From Clostridiales bacterium (GTDB lineage: Bacteria; Bacillota; Clostridia; Peptostreptococcales; NVVX01), in assembly GCA_021129775.1 (NCBI GenBank), contig JAJOKP010000067.1, positions 2,794 to 66,793 on the forward strand: DNA of 64,000 nt, written 5' to 3'. The notes below the pieces were generated by a model, which saw only the letters and a list, made by a program, of their open reading frames with translations, searched no databases and was not told the origin of the DNA. Of the stretch, positions 20,270-30,049 are shown piece after piece; positions within the stretch are counted from its first letter, which is position 1, and every line of letters begins with the position of its first letter. Position numbers and translations under genes: made by a program.

Positions 20270-22249
20270 TTGTCTAACGTTCATATGCACAATTCGCATG
20301 ATGAGTATTTTAGGAAACCGTTCGGGGCAACAAAAATAAATAGTCGAATCAAACTAAGATTTAAGTTGCGCTCAGAGAAACAACTTGTAGCAGTTAACTT
20401 GATATTATGGAGAGATGGGAAGAATGTCAAAAAAATCGAAATGACTGCAGAAAAAAAAGAAGGGCTTTTGCATACTTATTTTATTGAGATAGGCACTCCT
20501 GATGAGTGTGGCTTAATGTGGTATTATTTTATGATTGAAGAGGAAGATGGTATGTGCTTTTATGGAAACAACGAACAAAAACTAGGAGGGGTAGGGAAAA
20601 CATATCAAATTAATGCAATACCATATCAAATTACAGTATATAATGAAAAGCTCAAGACTCCTAATTGGTTTAAGGAGGCAGTGATTTATCAAATATTTCC
20701 TGATAGGTTTTATAATGGGAATGAAGATGGCGTGGTATTAAATCCTAAAAAGAATAGCTTTATTTATGCTAATTGGGGAGATAAACCTTTATATATCAAG
20801 GATGAAGACGGGAAAATAGTAAGGTGGGAATTTTTCGGTGGAAATTTGCTTGGAATAATTAAAAAGCTTGATTATTTAAAGGATTTAGGCATCAACGCTA
20901 TCTACTTAAACCCAATATTTGAAGCAAGAAGCAATCACAGATATGATACGGCAGATTACAAAAAAATTGATTCTATGCTAGGAGACAACGATACGTTTAA
21001 AGAGCTATGCAAACTAGCAAGCGAGAAGGGAATAAATATCATACTAGATGGTGTTTTCAACCATACAGGATGTGATAGTATTTACTTCAATAGAGAAAAC
21101 ACTTATGATGAGTTAGGAGCTTATCAGTCAAAAGACTCAAAATATTATGACTGGTACAATTTTAAGAGCCATCCTAGCGAATATGAATGTTGGTGGGGCG
21201 TAGACGATTTACCAAATGTGAATGAAGATAATGAGGATTATAAAAATTTTATCATCCATGGGCAAGACAGCATTATAAAAAAATGGATGCGACTTGGAGC
21301 GAAAGGCTGGAGACTAGACGTAGTAGATGAGCTGCCTGAAAAATTTGTAAAGGCAATATGGAATGAAATGAAGGAGCTAGATAATGAGTCAGTGCTTATA
21401 GGTGAAGTGTGGGAAGATGCTTCAAATAAAATGAGCTATGGGAATATGAGGGGATACGCGATGGGTGGTGAGCTTGACTCAGTTATGAACTATCCATTTA
21501 GAGCTGCTATAATTGATTTTCTTGTCGGTAAAATCAATGCACAAGATTTTAGAGCGCAATTAATGAGCTTAAAAGAGAACTATCCAAAACAGTTTTTTTA
21601 TGGCGCAATGAACTTGATTGGAAGTCATGATAGGGTAAGAATTTTGACCTTGCTTGGAGAAGCACCTAAAAGCAAAGATTTGTCTGTAATGAAAAAAACA
21701 AAATACATTTTATCAGATGAGAAAAGACATTTAGCAATTGACAGAATGAAACTAGCAGTAGCAATGCAGATGACCTTGCCAGGGGTTCCCAGTATCTATT
21801 ATGGGGATGAAGTTGGCATGGAAGGATATGAAGATCCATGGAATAGAGGTGCTTTCCCTTGGGGAAATGTGGATAAAGACCTTTTAGAATGGCATAAAAA
21901 GACGATTAGAATGAGAAAAGAAAATGACGTATTCATTTTTGGTGTTTGGGAAATATTGTATGCAGAAGGCGATGTAGTTGTGTACGCAAGAGAGATTATG
22001 GGAAGTAAGGATGTATTTAATGAGGACAAAAAGAATCAGTTAGCTATTGTTGCAGTAAACAGAAACAAAGAAAAAGACTATGAAATTGAGGTAGATGTTT
22101 CAAATTACTCTGTAGAAAAAATGAAGAGCGCCACCTATGATGTGGCGAGCTTCGTAGTAGATGAAGGCAAATTGCAACTGAGTATTGAACGACTTGGGGT
22201 TGTTGTTCTGTTGGACACAAATTATAAATTCAAACCAAAAGCATCATGA
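20270..22249 (+). CDS. GH13 neopullulanase/amylopullulanase-type glycoside hydrolase
   Basis: YQIFPDRF, DGVFNH, GWRLDV, GEVWE, GSHD, YYGDEVG; RBS aaggag before TTG 20270 (the longer ORF start lies in the REP). Confidence 0.9.
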   Translation: MSNVHMHNSHDEYFRKPFGATKINSRIKLRFKLRSEKQLVAVNLILWRDGKNVKKIEMTAEKKEGLLHTYFIEIGTPDECGLMWYYFMIEEEDGMCFYGNNEQKLGGVGKTYQINAIPYQITVYNEKLKTPNWFKEAVIYQIFPDRFYNGNEDGVVLNPKKNSFIYANWGDKPLYIKDEDGKIVRWEFFGGNLLGIIKKLDYLKDLGINAIYLNPIFEARSNHRYDTADYKKIDSMLGDNDTFKELCKLASEKGINIILDGVFNHTGCDSIYFNRENTYDELGAYQSKDSKYYDWYNFKSHPSEYECWWGVDDLPNVNEDNEDYKNFIIHGQDSIIKKWMRLGAKGWRLDVVDELPEKFVKAIWNEMKELDNESVLIGEVWEDASNKMSYGNMRGYAMGGELDSVMNYPFRAAIIDFLVGKINAQDFRAQLMSLKENYPKQFFYGAMNLIGSHDRVRILTLLGEAPKSKDLSVMKKTKYILSDEKRHLAIDRMKLAVAMQMTLPGVPSIYYGDEVGMEGYEDPWNRGAFPWGNVDKDLLEWHKKTIRMRKENDVFIFGVWEILYAEGDVVVYAREIMGSKDVFNEDKKNQLAIVAVNRNKEKDYEIEVDVSNYSVEKMKSATYDVASFVVDEGKLQLSIERLGVVVLLDTNYKFKPKAS

Positions 22250-23454
22250 AGCACATTAACAGCAAGTTTGGAGTTTTTTCTTTGCACCAAGCAAGAGATG
22301 GTAGAATGCGAATCAGAAGTTTGTAATACTTGAATATTATTCTTTGAAAAAGCGCTTAGAATTCTAGCCATAACACCTGGGATACCAGTAATTTTATTTC
22401 CTATTATAGTGACTTTGCTACAATTATTCACAATTTCATATTGCACGTTTAAGTTTGAAAGTGTGTCTTTTAGGAGATTTACTTGATTCTCATCTATTGT
22501 AAAAATCTTCTTTTTAACGAATAAAGTTATCATGTCGAGACTAATGTTTGCATTTGCCAAAGCAGAAAATAAAAGACTTTCTCTTTCGTCATTTTCATCC
22601 ATAGTGATAGTGATTTGTGAAATATTGTCTTTATGAGAAATAGCTGTAAGTAGTGCATCAGCTATTTCGGTTGTATATGGCTTTGAGCTAATTACGGTAT
22701 TTGCAGAGATATAAGTGCCTGGGTGAGAAGACATGGTGTTTTTGATTTTTATTAATAGGTTCCCTTTTTGTGCGATTTCTACAGCTTTTGGATGTATTAC
22801 TTTTGCGCCTGTGTCTGCCATTTGATAAACTTCGTTGTAATTGAGTTCTTCAATTATTTTGGCTGATTTAACTATGTTTGGGTCGGCAGTCATTATTCCA
22901 TCAACATCAGTGAAAATTTCTACGTATTCAGCGTTCAGCGCAACGCCTAAAGCGGCTGCGGTAGTGTCGCTTCCGCCTCTGCCAAGTGTTGTTACTTCAC
23001 CTTTTTTTGTAACGCCTTGAAATCCGCAAACAATAACAATTTCCTCCTTCAATAAATGCGATTTAATTTTTTCCTCGTCGATTGATATTATCTCTGAATT
23101 GCTAAAGTTATCATTTGTTAATATTCCAGCTTGAAAGCCAGTGAGAACTGTGACAGACTGTGAAGCTGATTCTAGCATTGAAGCTAAAACAGTTGCTGAA
23201 ATAATTTCGCCACAAGACATTATTAAATCTATGTTGTTCAAACTGCAATTTTTTTGTTTTTCTAATATCAAATTTTTCAAAGTATCAGTAGCATATGGGT
23301 CTCCATTTCTGCCCATTGCTGAAACAACGACTACTATTAGCTTTGATTTATTTTTTGCTTTTAAAATTTTGAGTACAACTTCTTTACGCCGTTCTTCTGC
23401 CGACAGAGACGTTCCTCCAAATTTTTGTATAATAATTTTTTTCATGTTAACCAC
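22222..23454 (-). CDS. dapG: Aspartate kinase I
   Basis: QKFGGTS, VVVSAMGR..PYATD, TLGRGGSDTTA, MTADP, GAKVIHP; ACT domains. Confidence 0.9.
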   Translation of the reverse strand: MVNMKKIIIQKFGGTSLSAEERRKEVVLKILKAKNKSKLIVVVVSAMGRNGDPYATDTLKNLILEKQKNCSLNNIDLIMSCGEIISATVLASMLESASQSVTVLTGFQAGILTNDNFSNSEIISIDEEKIKSHLLKEEIVIVCGFQGVTKKGEVTTLGRGGSDTTAAALGVALNAEYVEIFTDVDGIMTADPNIVKSAKIIEELNYNEVYQMADTGAKVIHPKAVEIAQKGNLLIKIKNTMSSHPGTYISANTVISSKPYTTEIADALLTAISHKDNISQITITMDENDERESLLFSALANANISLDMITLFVKKKIFTIDENQVNLLKDTLSNLNVQYEIVNNCSKVTIIGNKITGIPGVMARILSAFSKNNIQVLQTSDSHSTISCLVQRKNSKLAVNVLHDAFGLNL

Positions 23455-23656
23455 CTTATCTGCAATTAATATTTGTCTGAATCCACCCTAAAAGAAACAT
23501 ATATATTTAAGATATGCTTTAATAATATAAATGTTCGTTAGTATTGTCAATATATTGTGAAATAGAAGTTTAAAAATGCTGAAATAAACACAATATTTGT
23601 AGTTTTTCATAACATGTAGTGAGAACTAAAAATAAAACAATATGGGAGGTGCCAAA

Positions 23657-23845
23657 ATGGGTGATTGTGGAAAAAGCTCGGGTTTGTTAAGTTGTTTATG
23701 TGGTGATAACAGTGTTTTGTTATTCTTTTTCCTGATACTAGTAATTATATTCTGCCAATGTGGATTGTTCTGCGATTCAGGAGATAGTTTGTTATTCTTC
23801 TTCCTGTTACTAGCAGTGTTGTTTGGGGGAAGGTGCTTGTTTTAG
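23657..23845 (+). CDS. Small Cys-rich hydrophobic protein with internal duplication (possible spore protein)
   Basis: RBS ggaggtg; two units of D(N/S)..LLFFFL(I/L)L; own terminator. Confidence 0.65.
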   Translation: MGDCGKSSGLLSCLCGDNSVLLFFFLILVIIFCQCGLFCDSGDSLLFFFLLLAVLFGGRCLF

Positions 23846-23879
23846 TTATTGATAAATAGATACGTATAATAACAATTTT

Positions 23880-23905
23880 CGAGAGGGATATCCTCTCGTT
23901 TTTTT
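23880..23905 (+). terminator. Rho-independent terminator
   Basis: cgagagg-gatat-cctctcg plus a T-run. Confidence 0.8.
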
Positions 23906-24008
23906 GTCTAAATAAGTACTGATTGTTAACCGTTCGTGGCTTGTATTTGATAATTATTTTGATATAATGTACGAAACGATAAAAGCTACTAAAATTGGAG
24001 GAGTCTTT

Positions 24009-24725
24009 GTGAAATATATACTAGATACACATTGTCATACAATTGCAAGTGGACATGCCTATAGTACAATATATGAAATGGCGAATTAAGCAAGGGAGAT
24101 AAATTATAAACTAATAGCGTTAACGGAACACGGACCTGCAATGCCAGGTGGTGCAAACGAAATCTATTTTCAAAATCTAAGAGTTTTGCCTCGCGAAATT
24201 AATGGAGTAGAGGTACTTAAGGGAGCAGAAGTCAACATTTTAGATTTAGAGGGCAACTTAGATCTTGCACAAAACACACTTGAGCAACTAGATTTTGTTA
24301 TTGCAAGTTTTCATAGACCTTGTATGGCTTCAGGTACTAAAGAAGAAAATACTAGAGCACTAACAAAAGTAATGAGCAACCCATTTGTAAATATGATTGG
24401 ACACCCAGGAAACCCAAATTTTCCAATAGATATTGTGCAAATAGTAAGAATTGCAAAAGAAACAAATATATTAATAGAAATAAACAATAGTTCCCTTAAA
24501 CCAGGAAGTTTTCGAAAAGGGAGTAAAGAAGTTTGCTATGCAATATTAAAGGAATGCAAGAAACAAGAAGTGGCAGTAGCATTAGGAAGCGACGCTCATT
24601 TTATGTATGATATTGGCCGGTTTGAGTTAGCTAGTGAAATGGTCGATAGCTTAGAAATGCCAGAAGAATTGGTTGTAAATACTTCTGTTGCGAGATTCAA
24701 GAAAATTATTAGTAGAAAAGTATAG
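24009..24725 (+). pseudogene. PHP-family phosphatase (YcdX-like) with in-frame TAA at 24087-24089
   Basis: GTG 24009 gives KYILDTHCHTIASGHAYST-EMAN*AREI..TEHGPAMPG, in frame with the 24141 ORF (GAEVNI, GSDAH). Confidence 0.85.
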
Positions 24726-24865
24726 TGGGAACAAACAAAATATTTTGCCTCTTAAAATTTTGTGGTAATATTTATTGAGAATGGGTATATAGATAGTATT
24801 GCATTGAGAGCTCTTTTGATTGCAGAACACCTTTAAACAACATTTTTTTTGAGAAGGGTGATATC

Positions 24866-26308
24866 ATGAAAGAGAAAAAACAACATAAAATTGATTTGTG
24901 TATGGGAAAAGATGTCCAACGCAATGTTTTTTCCTACAAACAAATAATCGAAAATATGATTGATGTAATTATGTGGGTAGATAAAAACGGAGATGTGACT
25001 TTTGTTACCCCCTCTATGGAGAAAGAAATGGGCTACTCTTCTGAAGATGTTTGCGGGGAATCTTTGATGAATTTTGTATATAAAGACGAAGTGGAGATTG
25101 TCGAGAAGAAATTTGAAGAAGCGTACTTGGAGAGGAAACCAGGACGTTTTGAGCTTAGAACTGTCAAAAAGAACGGTGATATTCTTTGGGTTGAAATTAT
25201 TTATAGACCATTATTTGATAAAAGTGGTGAATTTCAAGGGTTTATTATTAATGCGAGAGATATAAATGAAAGAAAAGCAGATGAAAAGCTAATTAGATAT
25301 CTGAGTTTCCACGATAAACTAACAGGGTTATATAATAGAGCTTTTTTTGAAGAAGAGTTAAAGAGACTAGATACAGAAAGACAGCTACCTTTAAGTATTA
25401 TAATGGGAGATGTTAACGCATTAAAGCTGATTAATGATGCTTTTGGACATGAACAGGGCGATTTGTTATTAATTAGAGCTGCACAAGTGCTTAAAAATGC
25501 CTGTAGGCAAGAAGACATGTTAGCAAGGTGGGGCGGAGACGAATTTGTAATTCTACTACCTAATACGTCAGAAAATGATGCAAAAGAGGTAATTAACAGA
25601 GCTAAGGCACTCTCTCAGGACACGCCTAAAGAACCATTTCAGTTATCGATTGCACTTGGCTCAGCTACTAGGGTAAATATGAATAGAGATGTTTGCTGTT
25701 TGTTTAGAGAAGCCGAAGATAGAATGTACCGAAAGAAGCTGTCTGAAGGCAAAAAAGTTAAAATAAGTGTTTTGGAATCTTTAAATAGAAGGTTAGAATT
25801 ATTGTATAAAGGGGAAAAAGAGCATATAGAGAGATTAATGAATATGGCAAGCAGGTTCGGAAAGTACTTAAACCTATCAAATAGGCAAGAAGAACAATTA
25901 ATAGCAAGTGCTAAGTATCATGACATTGGGAAAGTACAAGTCCCTTACAACATTTTGCTTAAACCTAGTATGCTTACCGAAGAAGAATGGGGAAATATTA
26001 TAAGACATTGTGAAGTGGGATATAGAATTATTTTATCTACAATAGGTGATGAAGAAATAGCAGAAGTTATTTTAGAACATCACGAGAGATGGGATGGTAC
26101 TGGATATCCAAGGGAAGTAAAAGGGACCGACATACTATTTCTAGCCAGAATTTTCTCTATCATGGATGCCTACGAGATTATGACATATGGTGCATTGTAT
26201 AAGGAGCCAATTAGTAAAGTGGATGCAATTGAAGAGTTGAAAAGAAATTCAGGAACGCAATTTGACCCTGAACTTGTCAAAAAATTTGTGGATATGCTTT
26301 CTAAATAG
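24866..26308 (+). CDS. PAS-GGDEF-HD-GYP cyclic-di-GMP signalling protein
   Basis: PAS/PAC region, HDKLTGLYNR, RWGGDEF, HDIGK, HHERWDGTGYP. Confidence 0.9.
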   Translation: MKEKKQHKIDLCMGKDVQRNVFSYKQIIENMIDVIMWVDKNGDVTFVTPSMEKEMGYSSEDVCGESLMNFVYKDEVEIVEKKFEEAYLERKPGRFELRTVKKNGDILWVEIIYRPLFDKSGEFQGFIINARDINERKADEKLIRYLSFHDKLTGLYNRAFFEEELKRLDTERQLPLSIIMGDVNALKLINDAFGHEQGDLLLIRAAQVLKNACRQEDMLARWGGDEFVILLPNTSENDAKEVINRAKALSQDTPKEPFQLSIALGSATRVNMNRDVCCLFREAEDRMYRKKLSEGKKVKISVLESLNRRLELLYKGEKEHIERLMNMASRFGKYLNLSNRQEEQLIASAKYHDIGKVQVPYNILLKPSMLTEEEWGNIIRHCEVGYRIILSTIGDEEIAEVILEHHERWDGTGYPREVKGTDILFLARIFSIMDAYEIMTYGALYKEPISKVDAIEELKRNSGTQFDPELVKKFVDMLSK

Positions 26309-26461
26309 TAGCAGGATAATTTAAGTACATATACAAAGAATAAACGAGAATAGTACTGGAGAACATTACTCTGACACTATTCTTTTTTGTGTTGAATTAG
26401 TTTGAAGGATGATGTATTATAGAAGGCATAGGATTAGTTAAGCGAATACGAGGTGGTAAAA

Positions 26462-27853
26462 ATGAAAATCATTATATATGGGGCAGGGAAATTAGGTTCT
26501 AAATTAGCGGAATTGCTTTCGCAAAAAGAAAATTATGTTGCAATAGTAGATACTAGTGAAACAGCGTTGGAGAAAATCAATCAAAAATTGGATGTACTCA
26601 CGCTGAAAGCGAATGGCGCTAAACTTGAAACAATGAACGACCTAGCAGTAAAGAGCGCTGATTTTGTTATTGCTGTAACAAGTAGCGACGAGACAAATAT
26701 TTTAATTGCTACGATGGCGAAAAAACTTGGATGCAAGAAAGTGGTCGCACGAGTGAGAAATCCTGAATATTCAGCGCAGATTTCGTTTATTAAAGAAAAC
26801 ATGAATATAGATTTTATTGTTAACCCAGATTTACTGATGGCTAAAAAAATAATGAAATATTTGCCGCAAGATAACATTATGCACATAGAAGAATTTGCAA
26901 AAGGTTTTGTTAAAATGGCTGATTTTAAAGTTGAAAAAATTGAGGGAATGTCAGGGAAAAAACTAAAAGACTTGAATATCTCGGGATCTATTTTGATAGC
27001 TGCAATTTTAAGGGAAGGCAAAGTTATTATACCTCATGGAGACACAGAATTAATTTCTTCAGATATTGTGTATATGATTGGTAGTAAAGAGAGTATCAAT
27101 GAATATTGTGATACTTATGAGAAAAAACGAAGTAAAAAAGCCATTAAAAGAGTAATGATTTTAGGTGGTGGTAAAGCTGGATTTTACCTTGCAGACAAAC
27201 TGTCTTCTTATAGAAGTAATGTAAAAATAATTGAGAGAAGCAAGAATAGGTGTATGTACCTAGCAGAGCAACTGGAAAATGCAGTAGTAATTCACGGCGA
27301 CGGGACAGATATAAATTTATTAGAGTCAGAAAATGTTAGTGAAATGGACGCACTGATAACTGTTACAGGGTTTGATGAAGATAATTTGTTGCTTGCTTTA
27401 CTTGGAAAGCAGTATGGGGTAAAGAAGGCAATTGCTAAGGTTAGCAGACCAAGTTACATACCAATTATAGAGAGATTAGGAATAGATGTAGCGGTAAACC
27501 CTGTACTCATAACAGTTGCAGAAATTCTTAGATTTATTCAAGGCGGTAGAATTGAGGCGCTATCTATTCTTTTAGATGGGCAAGCAGAAGTCGTAGAAGC
27601 AATAATCGACAAGAAGACGAAAATTACTAATAGAAAAATAGCGGATCTTGCTTTTCCTAAGGGGATTATTATTGGAGCTATTGTGCATGAAGATAAAGTG
27701 ACTATTCCTAGTGGGGAGTCTGTAATTTGTGAGGGAGATCGTGTGGTGGTATTTTGTACTGAATCAGAAATTGCAACTGTAGAAAAATTATTTTACAAAT
27801 CAAAAGGAGGATTACTTGATGAACTATGGCGTAGTTATAAAGATATTAGGTAA
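26462..27853 (+). CDS. trkA: Trk potassium uptake NAD-binding subunit
   Basis: Two RCK repeats with GAGKLG and GGGKAG. Confidence 0.92.
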   Translation: MKIIIYGAGKLGSKLAELLSQKENYVAIVDTSETALEKINQKLDVLTLKANGAKLETMNDLAVKSADFVIAVTSSDETNILIATMAKKLGCKKVVARVRNPEYSAQISFIKENMNIDFIVNPDLLMAKKIMKYLPQDNIMHIEEFAKGFVKMADFKVEKIEGMSGKKLKDLNISGSILIAAILREGKVIIPHGDTELISSDIVYMIGSKESINEYCDTYEKKRSKKAIKRVMILGGGKAGFYLADKLSSYRSNVKIIERSKNRCMYLAEQLENAVVIHGDGTDINLLESENVSEMDALITVTGFDEDNLLLALLGKQYGVKKAIAKVSRPSYIPIIERLGIDVAVNPVLITVAEILRFIQGGRIEALSILLDGQAEVVEAIIDKKTKITNRKIADLAFPKGIIIGAIVHEDKVTIPSGESVICEGDRVVVFCTESEIATVEKLFYKSKGGLLDELWRSYKDIR

Positions 27854-29267
27854 TCTTCTATTATTCAATATAGTTGCGTTAATCCCATCTGTGGGTATAT
27901 CGATTTACTATGGCGAAAGCGACTATACAGCGTTCATTGCGACAATTATGATTATATTATCATTTAGCGTTCCAATGTCGCTAGTAAAGCCAAAATCAAA
28001 AAAAATTAGAGGTAAAGAAGCCTTATTAATTGTGGGGGGAGGATGGCTGTTGTTTTCAGCATTTGGAGCCCTTCCTTTCGTTATATCAGGAAGTATTCCT
28101 TCATATGTTGATGCTTTTTTCGAGAGTGTTTCAGGTTTAACTACAACTGGAGCCACAATATTAACTGAAATTGAAACTTTACCTAGAGGAATATTATTTT
28201 GGAGATCGCTAACACATTGGTTAGGTGGTATGGGAATATTAGTTTTAACATTAGCTATCCTTCCTTTAATTGGTGTGGGGGGAGTACAAATATTTAAAGC
28301 TGAAAGTCCAGGACCTGAAGCCGATAAATTAGCGCCTAGAATGCGAGATACTGCAAAAATATTGTATACTGCTTACTTGGGGATTACAATTGCTCAAGTA
28401 ACCTTGTTGTTTTTCGGTGGAATGAGCTTGTATGAGGCCTTTATTCATACTTTTGGAACAGTAGGAACGGGAGGGTTTTCAACTAGGAACGAAAGCATAG
28501 GCGCATTTAATAGTCTTTATATAGAAATGGTAATTACTTTTTTTATGATTGCTTCTGGAGTTAATTTCTCATTGTATTATGGACTCTATAAAGGAAGATG
28601 GAAAAATATATATAAGAATGCTGAACTAAGGTTATACTTAACGATAATTCTGATAGCTTTTGGGTTGATTTCAATTAACCTATACGGAGAGATTTATAAA
28701 ACTATTGGAGAAACGCTAAGATACTCAATTTTCCAAATAGGTTCAATTATTACCACGACAGGTTATACTACGGCAGATTTTGACCAATGGCCAACTTTTA
28801 GTAAAGGAATTCTATTCACTCTTATGTTTATAGGGGGATGCGCTGGCTCTACTGGAGGAGCCATAAAGAATATTAGGATATTAATCCTGCTCAAACTTGT
28901 GAAACGCGAATTCGATAAAATAATTAGACCGAGAGCGCTAATTCCTGTAAGAATACAAAAGAAATTAGTTTCTACTGATGTGGTTGCAAGCGTTACAAGC
29001 TTTTTTTTCTTATATATTTTGATATTTATTATTGGAACACTTCTAATATCTTTAGAAGGCATAGGTCTTGTAAGCGCAGCAAGTTCAGTTGCAGCAACAT
29101 TAGGAAATATTGGACCAGGGTTTGACTTGGTAGGCGCAACCAGAAATTATAGCTTTTTTAGTGTCCCTAGCAAACTGTTGCTATCTTTATTGATGCTACT
29201 AGGGCGACTTGAATTATTTACGATTCTTGTTATTATGACTCCAAACTTTTGGAGGAAAGAGATATAA
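27819..29267 (+). CDS. trkH: Trk potassium uptake membrane subunit
   Basis: FESVSGLTTTGAT, GTGGFS, GGCAGSTGGAIK, LGNIGPG, LGRLE. Confidence 0.93.
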   Translation: MNYGVVIKILGNLLLFNIVALIPSVGISIYYGESDYTAFIATIMIILSFSVPMSLVKPKSKKIRGKEALLIVGGGWLLFSAFGALPFVISGSIPSYVDAFFESVSGLTTTGATILTEIETLPRGILFWRSLTHWLGGMGILVLTLAILPLIGVGGVQIFKAESPGPEADKLAPRMRDTAKILYTAYLGITIAQVTLLFFGGMSLYEAFIHTFGTVGTGGFSTRNESIGAFNSLYIEMVITFFMIASGVNFSLYYGLYKGRWKNIYKNAELRLYLTIILIAFGLISINLYGEIYKTIGETLRYSIFQIGSIITTTGYTTADFDQWPTFSKGILFTLMFIGGCAGSTGGAIKNIRILILLKLVKREFDKIIRPRALIPVRIQKKLVSTDVVASVTSFFFLYILIFIIGTLLISLEGIGLVSAASSVAATLGNIGPGFDLVGATRNYSFFSVPSKLLLSLLMLLGRLELFTILVIMTPNFWRKEI

Positions 29268-29297
29268 AATACGAGTCATTATGTGTATGGGTGTATG

Positions 29298-29369
29298 GGG
29301 TCAGGGTTGAAAAGTTGAATTGGTCTTAATATTTATTTGATTCTAGCTCAATTCAACTTTTCAACCCTG
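29298..29369. mobile_element. 72-bp non-autonomous miniature copy of the RAYT-like element at 42182-43145
   Basis: gggtcagggttgaaaagttgaatt is identical to 42182-42205; ctcaattcaacttttcaaccctg is identical to 43119-43141. Confidence 0.85.
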
Positions 29370-30049
29370 TGATAGACTTTGTTATAGCAATCTATGCATT
29401 ATTCAGATATCATAAAGATAAAAGACTAGCTAGTAAAAGTCAATAGAAAAAACAAAAAAATATAAAGAAAATTCTTTGATAAAAAAACACAGCAAACAAG
29501 CCAACTCCAAACCCGAACATTAGCAATATACGAATGTATAGATTGATTCAAAATCAAGCGACTAAAGTTAGCATAGAACTATGTTTTTTATAATGTTCAT
29601 CTGGACTCCTAAGAACAAAAGGTTTATTGTCTCTAAGTACAGCAAAAATTATGTTGCAAATCTTGTTCATAACAGCGTCGAGAGCAACCATTTTAGGCTT
29701 AGACAGCTTCTTTTTGTTTTTAGCACAGGATTGTTAGGAGTACCGGTTTTAGAGCCTCTAACAGAAGCTAAAGCGACTATGAAAAGAACTCTCCTAGCCA
29801 GTCTAGAACCACGTTTAGACATGGAAACCTTAGTGCATTTAAACTTGCCAGATTCTTTTACAGCTGGGTCAAGACCAAAGTAAGCATACAACTGTTTAGG
29901 CTTCATAAAGGCTGAAAAATCACTAATCTCGCACATTAGTGTAACAGCGGAAGTGAACTCGTCAAGCTACGCTGAACATCGGGGAATCAGATGGGATTCT
30001 ACCCCACCTGATTGATAGTTCCCACTTAAAGAAGTGGGAGTCTTAACTC

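Noticed and set aside
29369-29423. IS110 inserted directly into the RAYT mini-element
   Set aside because: The probable IS110 right end is at about 29423, some 50 bp from the truncated IR, so only proximity can be claimed.
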